Below, piece by piece: positions 7,605 to 15,842 of a DNA stretch of 32,659 nucleotides. The stretch lies in the IMG/VR virus record IMGVR_UViG_3300033076_001440, positions 1 to 32,659 of that record; one strand, given 5' to 3'. The notes under the pieces are model-generated. The model was given only the letters and a program-made list of their open reading frames with translations. It was not told where the DNA came from and did not search any database. Position 1 is the stretch's first letter. Every line of letters begins with the position of its first letter. A program made the translations under genes and the position numbers. This DNA comes from a virus. Its lineage: Duplodnaviria; Caudoviricetes.

Positions 7605-8057
7605 TCAGGAAAAGATGCGGCCGGGGCCAGGGTAAAGGAGGGCGGGCTCTCCCTCCACGGCGATCACCTCGCCCACCGATGCACTGGATGCAGTCGGCAT
7701 GGACGATGCGACGGACAGCCGCCCGTCCGCCACCCGCCCCAGCAATGCGCGGATCTGCTCCACGCTTTTGTGGTGAGGGTTGCGCGAGGGATCTTCGCCC
7801 CGGCGGGTGTAAAGGGTCTCGATTGCGAGGTGCAGCGCGGCCTGCTTGGCCAGCGGTTCCCGGGCTGGATCCAGCGGGACCGGCACCCCGCGAATCGCGT
7901 AAAACGTGTCCACCTCGTCGCACGCCTGCCCGATGACCTCATCGAGGAGCGCCATGTCCGGCACCCCTGATCCGCTATCGTCCACGGCCGCATTCCGATC
8001 CGCCATGGGGATCTTGGCGAGCAATTCGGCAGCGGTGCAGTAGAGGGTGCGTGGCAT
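7605..8057 (-). CDS. Mu gp36-like head-tail adaptor (DUF1320 family)
   Basis: YCTAAEL...IGQACDEVDTF...PVPL...LAIETLY.RR...LLGRVADGRLS pattern. Follows the major capsid gene. Confidence 0.85.
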   Translation of the reverse strand: MPRTLYCTAAELLAKIPMADRNAAVDDSGSGVPDMALLDEVIGQACDEVDTFYAIRGVPVPLDPAREPLAKQAALHLAIETLYTRRGEDPSRNPHHKSVEQIRALLGRVADGRLSVASSMPTASSASVGEVIAVEGEPALLYPGPGRIFS

Positions 8058-8062
8058 GGTGG

Positions 8063-8112
8063 AAAAGCGGGGCCGGGGATTCAGCCTCCGGAGAGGATTC
8101 CTCCCCGACCCC
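8063..8112 (-). terminator. putative intrinsic terminator/attenuator after major capsid gene
   Basis: Minus-strand stem GGGGTCGGGGA...TCCCCGGCCCC with inner CCTC-TCCG-GAGG hairpin, followed by GCTTTT. Confidence 0.55.
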
Positions 8113-8130
8113 TATTCGTTTGGGTAGATG

Positions 8131-9069
8131 TCAGGCGGCGGTGGTGCCATTGCTGCCGTAGATGAGAGCGGGATCGCCATAAGTGATCCGGTGGCGGCCA
8201 TACAGTTCGTACAGGATCTCGCCGTCAATGATGGCGGAGATGTCCTCGGTGCCCGTCATGCGGGAGCTGATCTTTTTACCGATCTGCTTGATGAGCGGGC
8301 GGCGATTGCCGAGGGCCGTGTTGGCCACGAGGAACCAACTGTCAGGGAGGTACGTGTGCAGCCAGTTCCACACCCGCAGCGTGGCGGTGCCAGCCCAGAC
8401 GTTGGTTGCCCCGTTCGCACCTTGCGTTGCTTGGATGGCCACCTTCGCGTCTGCTTCCGCGTTTGGTCCGACGACGAGCGTAAAGCCCCGATTCCCCAGC
8501 CCAAGGTTCTTCCCGTTCGCGTCCGTCCGGGTGCGGAGACTGGCGATGGCCGCGGCGTAGTTGGCTGTCGAAAATTTCTTCGTCACAAAGTTAGTGAACG
8601 TGGAACTCTTCGCCCCAAGGTCCGGCGCGACCCGTTTGTTCGTGCCGAAAAAGTTGGAGCCGGTGTAGTCCTTCGTGTCGAATCCCGCCGCCAGTACTTT
8701 GGCGCTTTCGTCTTCGAAGTGGTCCGCACCTTCGTTCCCGAACATTTGCGCCTGGTCCGTGTACAGGCCCTCTTCGTCGCACTCCAAGTCTTCCTCGTCG
8801 ATAGCCAAGAGGAGGGAGAACTTCCCGTTCCGGACCCTCAGCCGGTTGAGCGGCAGACGGGTCTTTTCCTTCGTGCCCGTCGTCTCGCGGATCTTGCCGC
8901 TCGCCCCCAGCCAAGGGTACTCACCCTCCTTGCGCCCGATGACTTCTTTCTCGTGGCAGAGGATCGTGTGCACGGAACCTTCGCCGGTCGTGGTCATGTT
9001 CAGCCCTTTGCTGAACGCGGTATCCAGAGCGAATTGAAAGCTCCGGAGGTTGGCTCGATTGATGATCAT
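8131..9069 (-). CDS. major capsid protein, Mu gpT family
   Basis: MIINRANL...YPWLG...IRE...AIDEEDLECDEEGLY...YTGSNFFGTNK...LVVGP...WFL...PLIKQ...YGSNG, typical of Mu-like gpT. Confidence 0.93.
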   Translation of the reverse strand: MIINRANLRSFQFALDTAFSKGLNMTTTGEGSVHTILCHEKEVIGRKEGEYPWLGASGKIRETTGTKEKTRLPLNRLRVRNGKFSLLLAIDEEDLECDEEGLYTDQAQMFGNEGADHFEDESAKVLAAGFDTKDYTGSNFFGTNKRVAPDLGAKSSTFTNFVTKKFSTANYAAAIASLRTRTDANGKNLGLGNRGFTLVVGPNAEADAKVAIQATQGANGATNVWAGTATLRVWNWLHTYLPDSWFLVANTALGNRRPLIKQIGKKISSRMTGTEDISAIIDGEILYELYGRHRITYGDPALIYGSNGTTAA

Positions 9070-9102
9070 AAATGATAGGATTGAGGTGATGTGGGATGCG
9101 GT

Positions 9103-9516
9103 TCAGACGAACCGGATGATGGGCCGCCCATCGGCAGCGAAACCAAAGAGTGTCCCGACAACGACGGGGTTGGTGCCTGCGGAACCTTTGACGGTGGTGG
9201 GGCTTTCCGCCCAAACAGATGAGCCGATCATGGCTGCCGTGACAGGCGTCACGGTCGAGTTCTCGAAGGTTGCTGGCTCAGTCGTTACCGTGACGCGCAC
9301 GGCCGATGCAAGGCCGCCGGTGTTGTCAGCGAGTTCGGCAGCCCAGCCGATGCATCGTTGAGACGCCATCGGTTCGGCCCCCTCGGCCGTACCGGCGGTG
9401 GTGTCGATCATGACGAGGTTGCCTTCGTCGATTCGGATGTTGGCTTTGACGCCTACGGTGCCGCGGTCGAAGCCGACCTGCGGGGCGGCCGGGTAAGCGG
9501 TGGTGGTGGTGGCCAT
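9103..9516 (-). CDS. capsid decoration/cement protein (DUF2190-like)
   Basis: Between protease and capsid genes. VKANIRIDEGNLV...IGWA.E.ADNTGG...IGSSVWA...TTV motifs. Confidence 0.7.
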   Translation of the reverse strand: MATTTTAYPAAPQVGFDRGTVGVKANIRIDEGNLVMIDTTAGTAEGAEPMASQRCIGWAAELADNTGGLASAVRVTVTTEPATFENSTVTPVTAAMIGSSVWAESPTTVKGSAGTNPVVVGTLFGFAADGRPIIRFV

Positions 9517-9549
9517 AACTGGATTATGTCAGGGTTGGGTTGATTCGAT

Positions 9550-10611
9550 TTAGACGGCGATCTTGATGCCGTGCATGTCTTCTGCGGCTTTCGCCACTTC
9601 CTCGGGCGTCATGCCCATGCGGCTGAACATCGCCTTCTGCTCAGCGGAGAATGCCTCCACCTTCACATCTGCACCGCTCTCAGCGCCGCTCTTGGCTCCG
9701 CCGTTGCCGCCTTGGAGCGGGATGGCGTTTTCTTCGAGGGTGGCGAGGTACTCGCCCACGGCATCGGCACCCATGGCGAGGAGAGTTTCGCGTTTCAGGC
9801 CGATGGCCTTGCCGGTCGCTTTCGCGGCTTCGATCATCCCGTCGATCTGGCGGGACTTGTCAGCGGCGGTGAGTGCCACTACATCAGCGGAGAGTTTGTC
9901 CAGCCGGGCCAAGATTGCGGGGGGCACGGTCAGATCAGCGGTGAGCTCCACCGTTTCCAGCTCGCCGGTTTTGCCCTTGGCGGCGGCTTCGGCTTTGGCG
10001 AGGACGGCCGCCATGTCTTCGGCGGTGGCGTCTTCTTTGACAGGGTCGATGGCGAGGGCGGCGAGCACCGAATTGAGGAGTGTCAGTAGGTTCATTTTGG
10101 GGTTGGCTTGATCTGCGGAAAAAATCTGGAGAGCGTCAGAGTCGATTTCGCCGTGACGACAGAACGCGAAGGAATGGAGACCGATCACGTTGCCGTCCTT
10201 GTCCACTTCGAGGGCCGGGGAAATGTCAGGGTAATGCCCTCCCGCCACGTACTCTTTGCCGTCGGGAGTCCAGTGATTGACGCTGCACACGATGCCGACT
10301 CCATCCACCACCCGCGGCACCGCGTAGCAACCCACGCGCACCGGCTCCGTCTTGGTGAGCGTCCCGTGCTCGAAGTCTCCCGCCACCATGTCTCGCCGCA
10401 TGGCCGCTTGGCGAGCGGCGAAAACGGAAAGCGTGTAGGCGTTCACAGCGAACGTGCCCTTCCGGGTTTTCGTCATTCCCCACGGGCAAAGCACCAGCTC
10501 GTTCGGCAGCGCCCCGCCTGGCGTCAGCTTCGTCGCCCCGCCGCCACCACACGCGATTATCGCGGGGGAGGGTGCCGTGTTGGCTGGTTGGGTGGGGCGT
10601 TTGCTCTTCAC
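9550..10611 (-). CDS. Mu gpI-like prohead protease with C-terminal scaffold (gpZ-like, internal ATG at 10095)
   Basis: LCPWG, GDFEHGT, WTPDGKEYVAGGHYPDISP and LHSFAFC motifs, then a helical Ala/Lys/Glu C-terminus. GTG start. Confidence 0.9.
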   Translation of the reverse strand: MKSKRPTQPANTAPSPAIIACGGGGATKLTPGGALPNELVLCPWGMTKTRKGTFAVNAYTLSVFAARQAAMRRDMVAGDFEHGTLTKTEPVRVGCYAVPRVVDGVGIVCSVNHWTPDGKEYVAGGHYPDISPALEVDKDGNVIGLHSFAFCRHGEIDSDALQIFSADQANPKMNLLTLLNSVLAALAIDPVKEDATAEDMAAVLAKAEAAAKGKTGELETVELTADLTVPPAILARLDKLSADVVALTAADKSRQIDGMIEAAKATGKAIGLKRETLLAMGADAVGEYLATLEENAIPLQGGNGGAKSGAESGADVKVEAFSAEQKAMFSRMGMTPEEVAKAAEDMHGIKIAV

Positions 10612-10658
10612 TCCCGCACCATCACCCCGTCTCCGGAATCCGCATGACGCGCCGGACG
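10612..10658 (-). promoter_or_regulatory. putative activator-dependent late promoter (Mu P_I equivalent)
   Basis: CGTCCGnnGCGTCATGCGGATT...GAG...GGGG..ATGG, shared with 22983-23030 (14-bp identical core at 10637-10650). Confidence 0.7.
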
Positions 10659-10674
10659 CAACGGCGGCGCGTTG

Positions 10675-11172
10675 TCAGCGCCTCGCTTCAGTTGCTATCT
10701 GATCCAGCGCCACAGATGCCACCTCCTCCGCCGCTCCCGTCATGAGCCCGCCGCTCGTGGCTATCGGCAGGTACGGCCGGGCAGGCATCGTGACCTTCCG
10801 CACCGTGAACCATTTTCCCCCTGCCTGAAACCTCAGCGCCGTCCCCGTCCGCGGGCGGATCTCGCCGCCCACTTGATGGATCAGCGCATACGGCCGGTCA
10901 CTCCCCACCACAACCTCCGTCGCCGTAGCCTCCACCCGCAGACTCCGGCGGAGCGTGGGGTTGGCGCTTTGAAGGGTGGAGGGAGTCCCGTCGATCTTGT
11001 CAGCCCACGGGGCCGGGCGCTTGTCGGAATCGGTGAACGCCTCCATCGCCCAGAACCGCAACGCATCCCCCATCGCGGTGAGAACCTTCTTCTTCCCTCC
11101 GCCGTCCAGCGTCCCCACCAGCTTTCGGATGTTCGGGGAAATCAGGTCCGTGGCGGTGGCGGCGAATTGCAT
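10675..11172 (-). CDS. Mu gpG-like virion morphogenesis protein
   Basis: RPAPWA...LRRSL...VVVGSDRPYALIHQVGG...MPARPYLP signature. Confidence 0.92.
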   Translation of the reverse strand: MQFAATATDLISPNIRKLVGTLDGGGKKKVLTAMGDALRFWAMEAFTDSDKRPAPWADKIDGTPSTLQSANPTLRRSLRVEATATEVVVGSDRPYALIHQVGGEIRPRTGTALRFQAGGKWFTVRKVTMPARPYLPIATSGGLMTGAAEEVASVALDQIATEARR

Positions 11173-11208
11173 GCCGTCAGGATGCAGCCGGCGCCGGCAG
11201 AAATCAAG

Positions 11209-11754
11209 TCAGGCCCGCTCGAACGGTGCCTCGAACGGCATGCCCAGCCGCTCATAGATCGCCTGCTCCGATGCGGACACGATGTCCACCCGGTCTCCCT
11301 CCATCGGGATGATCAGTCCGCGACTCGGCTTCCACGTCCAGCCCATCTCCTCCGCCCGTGCTGCTATCGTCTCCAGATGGCTCTCCGGCCCCGTCTTGGA
11401 AATCATCATCGCCCCCCAGTTGCCGGGGATCGTGGGCGTCACCAGATCCCCCATCACCCCGTGATCCGCAAACCAGATGTTGAGAGGGATCTTGGATCTC
11501 CGCAGGATGATCCGGCAAACTTGCGCCCCCATCGCCAACACATCGCCATCCGCGCCCGCCAGAGCCCACGCCATCCGGTGCCACTCCTTCTCACTGCCCC
11601 GGGCCTTGATCGCCACCAGCTCGATCTCAGCGATCTGCGCCTCTATCCTTCGTAGCGCCCCCACGATCTCCACAGCATCGCACAGGGGTTGCACCTCATC
11701 CCTCACGCGCATCGCGAGGCTCAATGCTTTCTCATGCAGGATCGTCGGGATCAT
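11209..11754 (-). CDS. minimal DNA polymerase X-like protein (palm+thumb) with degenerate active site
   Basis: CDAVEIVGALRR...AEIELV, WGAMMISKTGPESH and SEQAIYERLGMPFEAPFER match PolX motifs (GSxRR..GDxD, FGxxxxYxTGS, EEEIYxxLGLPYIPPExR). Confidence 0.85.
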   Translation of the reverse strand: MIPTILHEKALSLAMRVRDEVQPLCDAVEIVGALRRIEAQIAEIELVAIKARGSEKEWHRMAWALAGADGDVLAMGAQVCRIILRRSKIPLNIWFADHGVMGDLVTPTIPGNWGAMMISKTGPESHLETIAARAEEMGWTWKPSRGLIIPMEGDRVDIVSASEQAIYERLGMPFEAPFERA

Positions 11755-11757
11755 GGC

Positions 11758-12015
11758 TCAGTCCTCCTCGCTATCCTGCCACTCCACCACATCTGCTCCC
11801 GCCGCATCCGGCTCGCCCTCCACATCATAACTGATCACCGGGTAGCCCGCACGCCGGAGGGCCGTTTCCGCGAGACTCCCGTCGTTGTCGTGTGGTCCCG
11901 GTTCGCACGCATCCATGAAGGCCTGCGCCCGCTTGGTACTGGCCTTGTCAGGCCCGGTGATGGTTTTGCCAGAAAGCCGAAAGACTCCCGCGAAGGTGGT
12001 GAAGGTGACGTTCAT
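11758..12015 (-). CDS. small acidic hypothetical protein, candidate immunity partner of MuF extension
   Basis: ATGA overlap with the MuF stop, 85 aa, acidic C-terminus. Confidence 0.6.
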   Translation of the reverse strand: MNVTFTTFAGVFRLSGKTITGPDKASTKRAQAFMDACEPGPHDNDGSLAETALRRAGYPVISYDVEGEPDAAGADVVEWQDSEED

Positions 12016-13673
12016 TTCAGGTTTTGGGCTGCTTTGAGGATGGCCTCAAAATACTCTGGATCATCGGCGGCGAACTCCGCGGTGTTGAAAATGAATCGCT
12101 CCATCCCCATCGTAAATACCTCCGTGGCACGAGAGAGAGACCCGTAATCCTTTCCGGAGTAATGCGAGCCCCCGCGCTTCTTCCATTCGTCCTCATAAGC
12201 CACTTCATCCGGATCATAGCCCAGCAACGGGTACAGCTTGCGGAGCTGTTGCAGCTTTTCCCCGGCGGTCCGCTTGTTGCGGAACTCCATCATCTGCTCA
12301 AACACCCCGGACATGGATTCCACCGCGTGGCAGGCTTCGTGAACCAGTGTGCGGATTGGCGTGGACGGATGCGCTTGGATCTCCGCCTGTACCGCCGTCC
12401 TTACGCCAGTGATCAAGTCTCTCTGGTACATTGTAGCGCACTGCGCACGGTAGCTCTCCACCGCCTTGAGCGTGGTGTTTTTCCCGTAGAGTGAGGGCAG
12501 CAACACCGTTTGGATCAGGTCAGTTGCCTGCTTCATCCGCGCCTCGTGCGCCTTAGTCGCCTTCCTGACGCCTTTGCGGCTGCGGGATACCGGCACCGTC
12601 CACTCACCCCGCTGCTCTTTCGGCAGTTGGATGGTAGCGAGGGCCTCGGCATTGATCTGCGCCAGCACCTCCGGCCCCGCCGCCGCGGCCCTGGCCTTCG
12701 CCAGCCGGTCGATGAAGGGTTGGAGCGCGGCCTTGATGCTATCCACCGTCCGCTCGCCAGTCGGCACCGGCACCGGATCTGATGTTGGTGGCGTCGGTGG
12801 CTTCGGCTTCACCGGCGGCGGCACCGGCGCTCCGCCGGGCCGTTGCCCAGCCAGCCAGTCCCACAAGCTCAGCCCGGCAATGTCCTGACCCTTTGCCCAC
12901 CGCTCGAAGTCGCCCCACGTCTGCGCATCATACCTCTGCCTCACCGCATCCATCGGCATCATCAGTGTGGACGGGTCCCACTGCACCTTCCCAGGTTCCT
13001 GATTCAGGTTCCACTGCTCTGACAAACCCCGGTTGAGAATCCCGCTCTCCAACTGTTGCAGCGCCAGCCCTTCCAACACCCGCGCCCGCTCCGGCAGCAA
13101 CCGGCCCGCCTTGATCGCCGCCGCGTCCTCACGCTTCATCCGCTCCGCAGCCGCCCGCGAAACCCCGATGACGTAGCACCGGCAGTTGTGCGCATCTGGC
13201 GGGGTGTGTGATCGCCAGAATGGCGAGTCTGCCGGGAGAGTGATCCCGTTCATGGCCCGGTGGCTGTCCCTCGTCCGCTCATCCATCACCGCCAGTCGCT
13301 TCCGGTAGGGGAACGCCTCCATAGAGTTTTCCAGGCTCTGATGAATCCCCGCGTTGTATGCGCGGAAGGCCGTCGCCCGTGTCAGGATTCGCGCCCGCGC
13401 CATGGCCGATTTCTCGCGCCCGCCAAAGTGAGGGAGGAGCCTCGCCGCAACCCTCAACTGAGTCTGCATGAAGTCCTCCCCCTCCGGGATGACGGCGATC
13501 ATGTCCCGAGCGTCTTGGAGGACATCGTGTGCAGCGATGCCCGTGATGAGGAAAGCCGATGCTTTGAACTCGTCAGGCAGCCGGTCGAACGTCGCCCGGT
13601 CAACGGGTGCGAGCCCGCGGATCTGCTTTGCGGCCTCCGCGTGTGGTGTGGGTTTGTTCAGCCAAGTAGCCAT
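12012..13673 (-). CDS. MuF (gp30) head morphogenesis protein with C-terminal HExxH metallopeptidase-like domain
   Basis: AF.ITGI, MDERTRDSH..MNG..LPADSPFW..HTPP..HNCRC (Phage_Mu_F), then a Pro-rich linker, LVHEACH and TEVFTMGME. Confidence 0.9.
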   Translation of the reverse strand: MATWLNKPTPHAEAAKQIRGLAPVDRATFDRLPDEFKASAFLITGIAAHDVLQDARDMIAVIPEGEDFMQTQLRVAARLLPHFGGREKSAMARARILTRATAFRAYNAGIHQSLENSMEAFPYRKRLAVMDERTRDSHRAMNGITLPADSPFWRSHTPPDAHNCRCYVIGVSRAAAERMKREDAAAIKAGRLLPERARVLEGLALQQLESGILNRGLSEQWNLNQEPGKVQWDPSTLMMPMDAVRQRYDAQTWGDFERWAKGQDIAGLSLWDWLAGQRPGGAPVPPPVKPKPPTPPTSDPVPVPTGERTVDSIKAALQPFIDRLAKARAAAAGPEVLAQINAEALATIQLPKEQRGEWTVPVSRSRKGVRKATKAHEARMKQATDLIQTVLLPSLYGKNTTLKAVESYRAQCATMYQRDLITGVRTAVQAEIQAHPSTPIRTLVHEACHAVESMSGVFEQMMEFRNKRTAGEKLQQLRKLYPLLGYDPDEVAYEDEWKKRGGSHYSGKDYGSLSRATEVFTMGMERFIFNTAEFAADDPEYFEAILKAAQNLK

Positions 13674-13819
13674 GATTTCCAAGGGGTGGGGTGAATGCGG
13701 TTATAGGCTTGCGCAAAAACTTCGGCGAGCCGGTCTAGGGCGAATCCAAGCAGAGCCAAAATGATGTAGATCGGGCCAGAGATGGTATTGGCTATGATGA
13801 TGCGAATTATTGTTTTCAT
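13658..13819 (-). CDS. small membrane protein (53 aa, below ORF-track cutoff)
   Basis: MKTIIRIIIANTISGPIYIILALLGFALDRLAEVF... ATGA overlap with the upstream gene and 16-bp overlap with the MuF start. Confidence 0.55.
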   Translation of the reverse strand: MKTIIRIIIANTISGPIYIILALLGFALDRLAEVFAQAYNRIHPTPWKSWLLG

Positions 13820-14064
13820 GATTGTTGCACCCCCCGTGGCAGGATCATTCCCTTCGGCGTCCGCCAGACCTCAATGGCCTCATGATCGCCCACGATCATC
13901 CATGGGATGCGATCCTCGTTGAGACTGTTAATGAGGCTTTCGGCGATCCACTTCTGGTACGGCAGTTCGATGGGGGTCGTGAGGGGCAGGTACCGCGCCC
14001 GCTCAGCCTCCTTCTGCGAGCGAAGGAAATGGGGTTCTCCCCCGATGATGAGCATCTTGATCAT
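13816..14064 (-). CDS. hypothetical protein (82 aa)
   Basis: Tight packing in the operon, coding-like composition. Confidence 0.7.
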   Translation of the reverse strand: MIKMLIIGGEPHFLRSQKEAERARYLPLTTPIELPYQKWIAESLINSLNEDRIPWMIVGDHEAIEVWRTPKGMILPRGVQQS

Positions 14065-14070
14065 AATGTG

Positions 14071-14598
14071 TTATTCGCCTCCGGAGAAGTCAAACTCCAG
14101 ATGGTTGGGGATGGCGTCGGCATCCCGGCGGCGTCCGGCATCCACGATGCCGGTAGCCCTCACGAACTCTTGCGCATCCCGATACAAGGCCACTCGCTCT
14201 GCCGTCCAGAACTCCCGGGCCTCGCTGATCCGGGTGGAGTCGATGTGTTCCCACACGGAGACCGGATCAACCAGCGTCGCCCCCGTCGTCGCCCGATAGC
14301 AGTTGATCAACCCCGCCACCCCCAGCGCCAGCAATTGCCGCCGCTCCAACCCCCAGCCCATCCGCTCCCCCAGATCCTCCGTGATGGGGATGAGCTGGTG
14401 GTAATCTCTCGGCACCACTCTATATATACCAGGCCTGCCAGCGATGGGGGAGAGCTTCACGGCCACGAACCGCTCGCGCATGATTTCGGGCACTTCGGTT
14501 TCGACGATAGCTCCCGGCACCACCTCCACCTTTACCTTGACCACTGGGGATGGCGGGGGCGAGGGCGGGAGGACTGAGTTGAGGACTGCGGTTTTCAT
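14071..14598 (-). CDS. hypothetical protein, possible winged-HTH DNA-binding regulator
   Basis: AATCCCCCTACC leader. LGERMGWGLERRQLLALGVAGLI...TLVDPVSV resembles an excisionase-like wHTH. Sits where Mu has Mor/C. Confidence 0.5.
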   Translation of the reverse strand: MKTAVLNSVLPPSPPPSPVVKVKVEVVPGAIVETEVPEIMRERFVAVKLSPIAGRPGIYRVVPRDYHQLIPITEDLGERMGWGLERRQLLALGVAGLINCYRATTGATLVDPVSVWEHIDSTRISEAREFWTAERVALYRDAQEFVRATGIVDAGRRRDADAIPNHLEFDFSGGE

Positions 14599-14623
14599 GG
14601 TAGGGGGATTATAGCGGATACGG

Positions 14624-15334
14624 TCACTCTGCTGCTGACGCTTTCCCGGCCCGTTGGGATTTGTTGCGCTTGGCAGGGTCCCCCACGCCCGTCATGGCGT
14701 GGAGGCGATTGCGGAGGGTGAAGTACAATTGCCAGCGGGCCTTGCTCGGCCAGCTCCTCCACCCGCAGCCCATGGCCCGCTCCTTCGCGGCTGCCGTCCC
14801 GGCGAGGTAGGCCTTGGCCCGTCCCTCCGGATCATCCTGACCCTCGTTGCGGAAGTGCCGGGCGATCTGTGCGAGGACGGTGGCGATGGCCCTGTCCACC
14901 TGCTCCCGATTCTCCACCGGCTCCCCTTTGACCGTGCCGGTCCCCAGCATCTCGGCAAACGCCTGCTCCGTGAGACCGGCGATGGCGAGGAAGTGCGCCT
15001 TCACGCGCCGGTAGTCAGCCCGGTTCACCCCGCGCAATCCCTCCGCCCGTCCCTCCGTCGCCTCCGCCACCTCATTGTGCCGCCACGCGGCGGCGAAGGC
15101 CGTCTTGTTCATCCCCGTCCGCTTCCGCAGCCGCTCCGCATCGTTGGCCGGATCTGCCACCCACTTCTTGTAAGCGGCGGCGCTGGCTATCCCCAGCTCC
15201 TTCACCTCCGGCGAGGACAGCGGCTGGTGGCGGGTGTCAGGATAGGCCCTTTCCTGCCGCGGCTCCGGCGCTGGCGCGTCCGGTGCGCTGGCACTGCGCC
15301 GGTCAACCGGCGGCTTGAGTGTGTAGTCTCTCAT
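14624..15334 (-). CDS. hypothetical helical protein, GemA/DUF1018-like position
   Basis: ATG at 15334 is 4 nt after the previous stop. Basic helical protein ending ...WQLYFTLRNR. Family assignment is weak. Confidence 0.5.
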   Translation of the reverse strand: MRDYTLKPPVDRRSASAPDAPAPEPRQERAYPDTRHQPLSSPEVKELGIASAAAYKKWVADPANDAERLRKRTGMNKTAFAAAWRHNEVAEATEGRAEGLRGVNRADYRRVKAHFLAIAGLTEQAFAEMLGTGTVKGEPVENREQVDRAIATVLAQIARHFRNEGQDDPEGRAKAYLAGTAAAKERAMGCGWRSWPSKARWQLYFTLRNRLHAMTGVGDPAKRNKSQRAGKASAAE

Positions 15335-15338
15335 GGTG

Positions 15339-15842
15339 TCAGGAACGGATAAAATCCACGAACTTCGTCCAGTCCGCTTGAGCCCGTGCCTTGGCCCCCT
15401 CGGCTGTGGAGTGGGAGCTCCCGGAGACCTCCGCCACCGTGGATAACCTCCACTGCTCCCCCGGGATGGCGTCATCCTCGCGGGTCAGGTAGGCCACCGC
15501 CAACAATGGCTTGGCCTTCGGCCCTGCCCATTGGCCCTTGTCCGTGCTGTGCCACACCAGCTCGAACACATCGGCATCATGGATCACCTTGGCGCATGCC
15601 GTATCGGCTTCCCTCAGCGGTGCATCAGCCGGGATGTTCATCCCATGCCCAGCCGGGTGCATGAACCTGACCACCCCGGCGTCCGTCAGGTACCAATCGA
15701 GACCGTACAGACAGGCGGTCCCCGCCAGATAATCAACGAGGAGGTATCGTGGCACGTCCCGCATCTCGCTGCTGCGGATCTGATCAATCTCCGGTTCCTT
15801 GGCCATGCTATCGGCGATGAAGCGGATGATGCGGCTGATCAT
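15339..15842 (-). CDS. hypothetical protein (167 aa)
   Basis: ATGA overlap with the upstream gene. C-terminal STAEGAKARAQADW motif is common in small phage proteins. Confidence 0.7.
   Translation of the reverse strand: MISRIIRFIADSMAKEPEIDQIRSSEMRDVPRYLLVDYLAGTACLYGLDWYLTDAGVVRFMHPAGHGMNIPADAPLREADTACAKVIHDADVFELVWHSTDKGQWAGPKAKPLLAVAYLTREDDAIPGEQWRLSTVAEVSGSSHSTAEGAKARAQADWTKFVDFIRS

Noticed and set aside
7603-7923. Extended N-termini given by the ORF track (for example 7923, 2436, 15475, 15905, 16839, 19083, 24725, 26800, 28162)
   Set aside because: They overlap upstream genes extensively. Downstream ATGs with stop/start coupling or typical leaders fit better.
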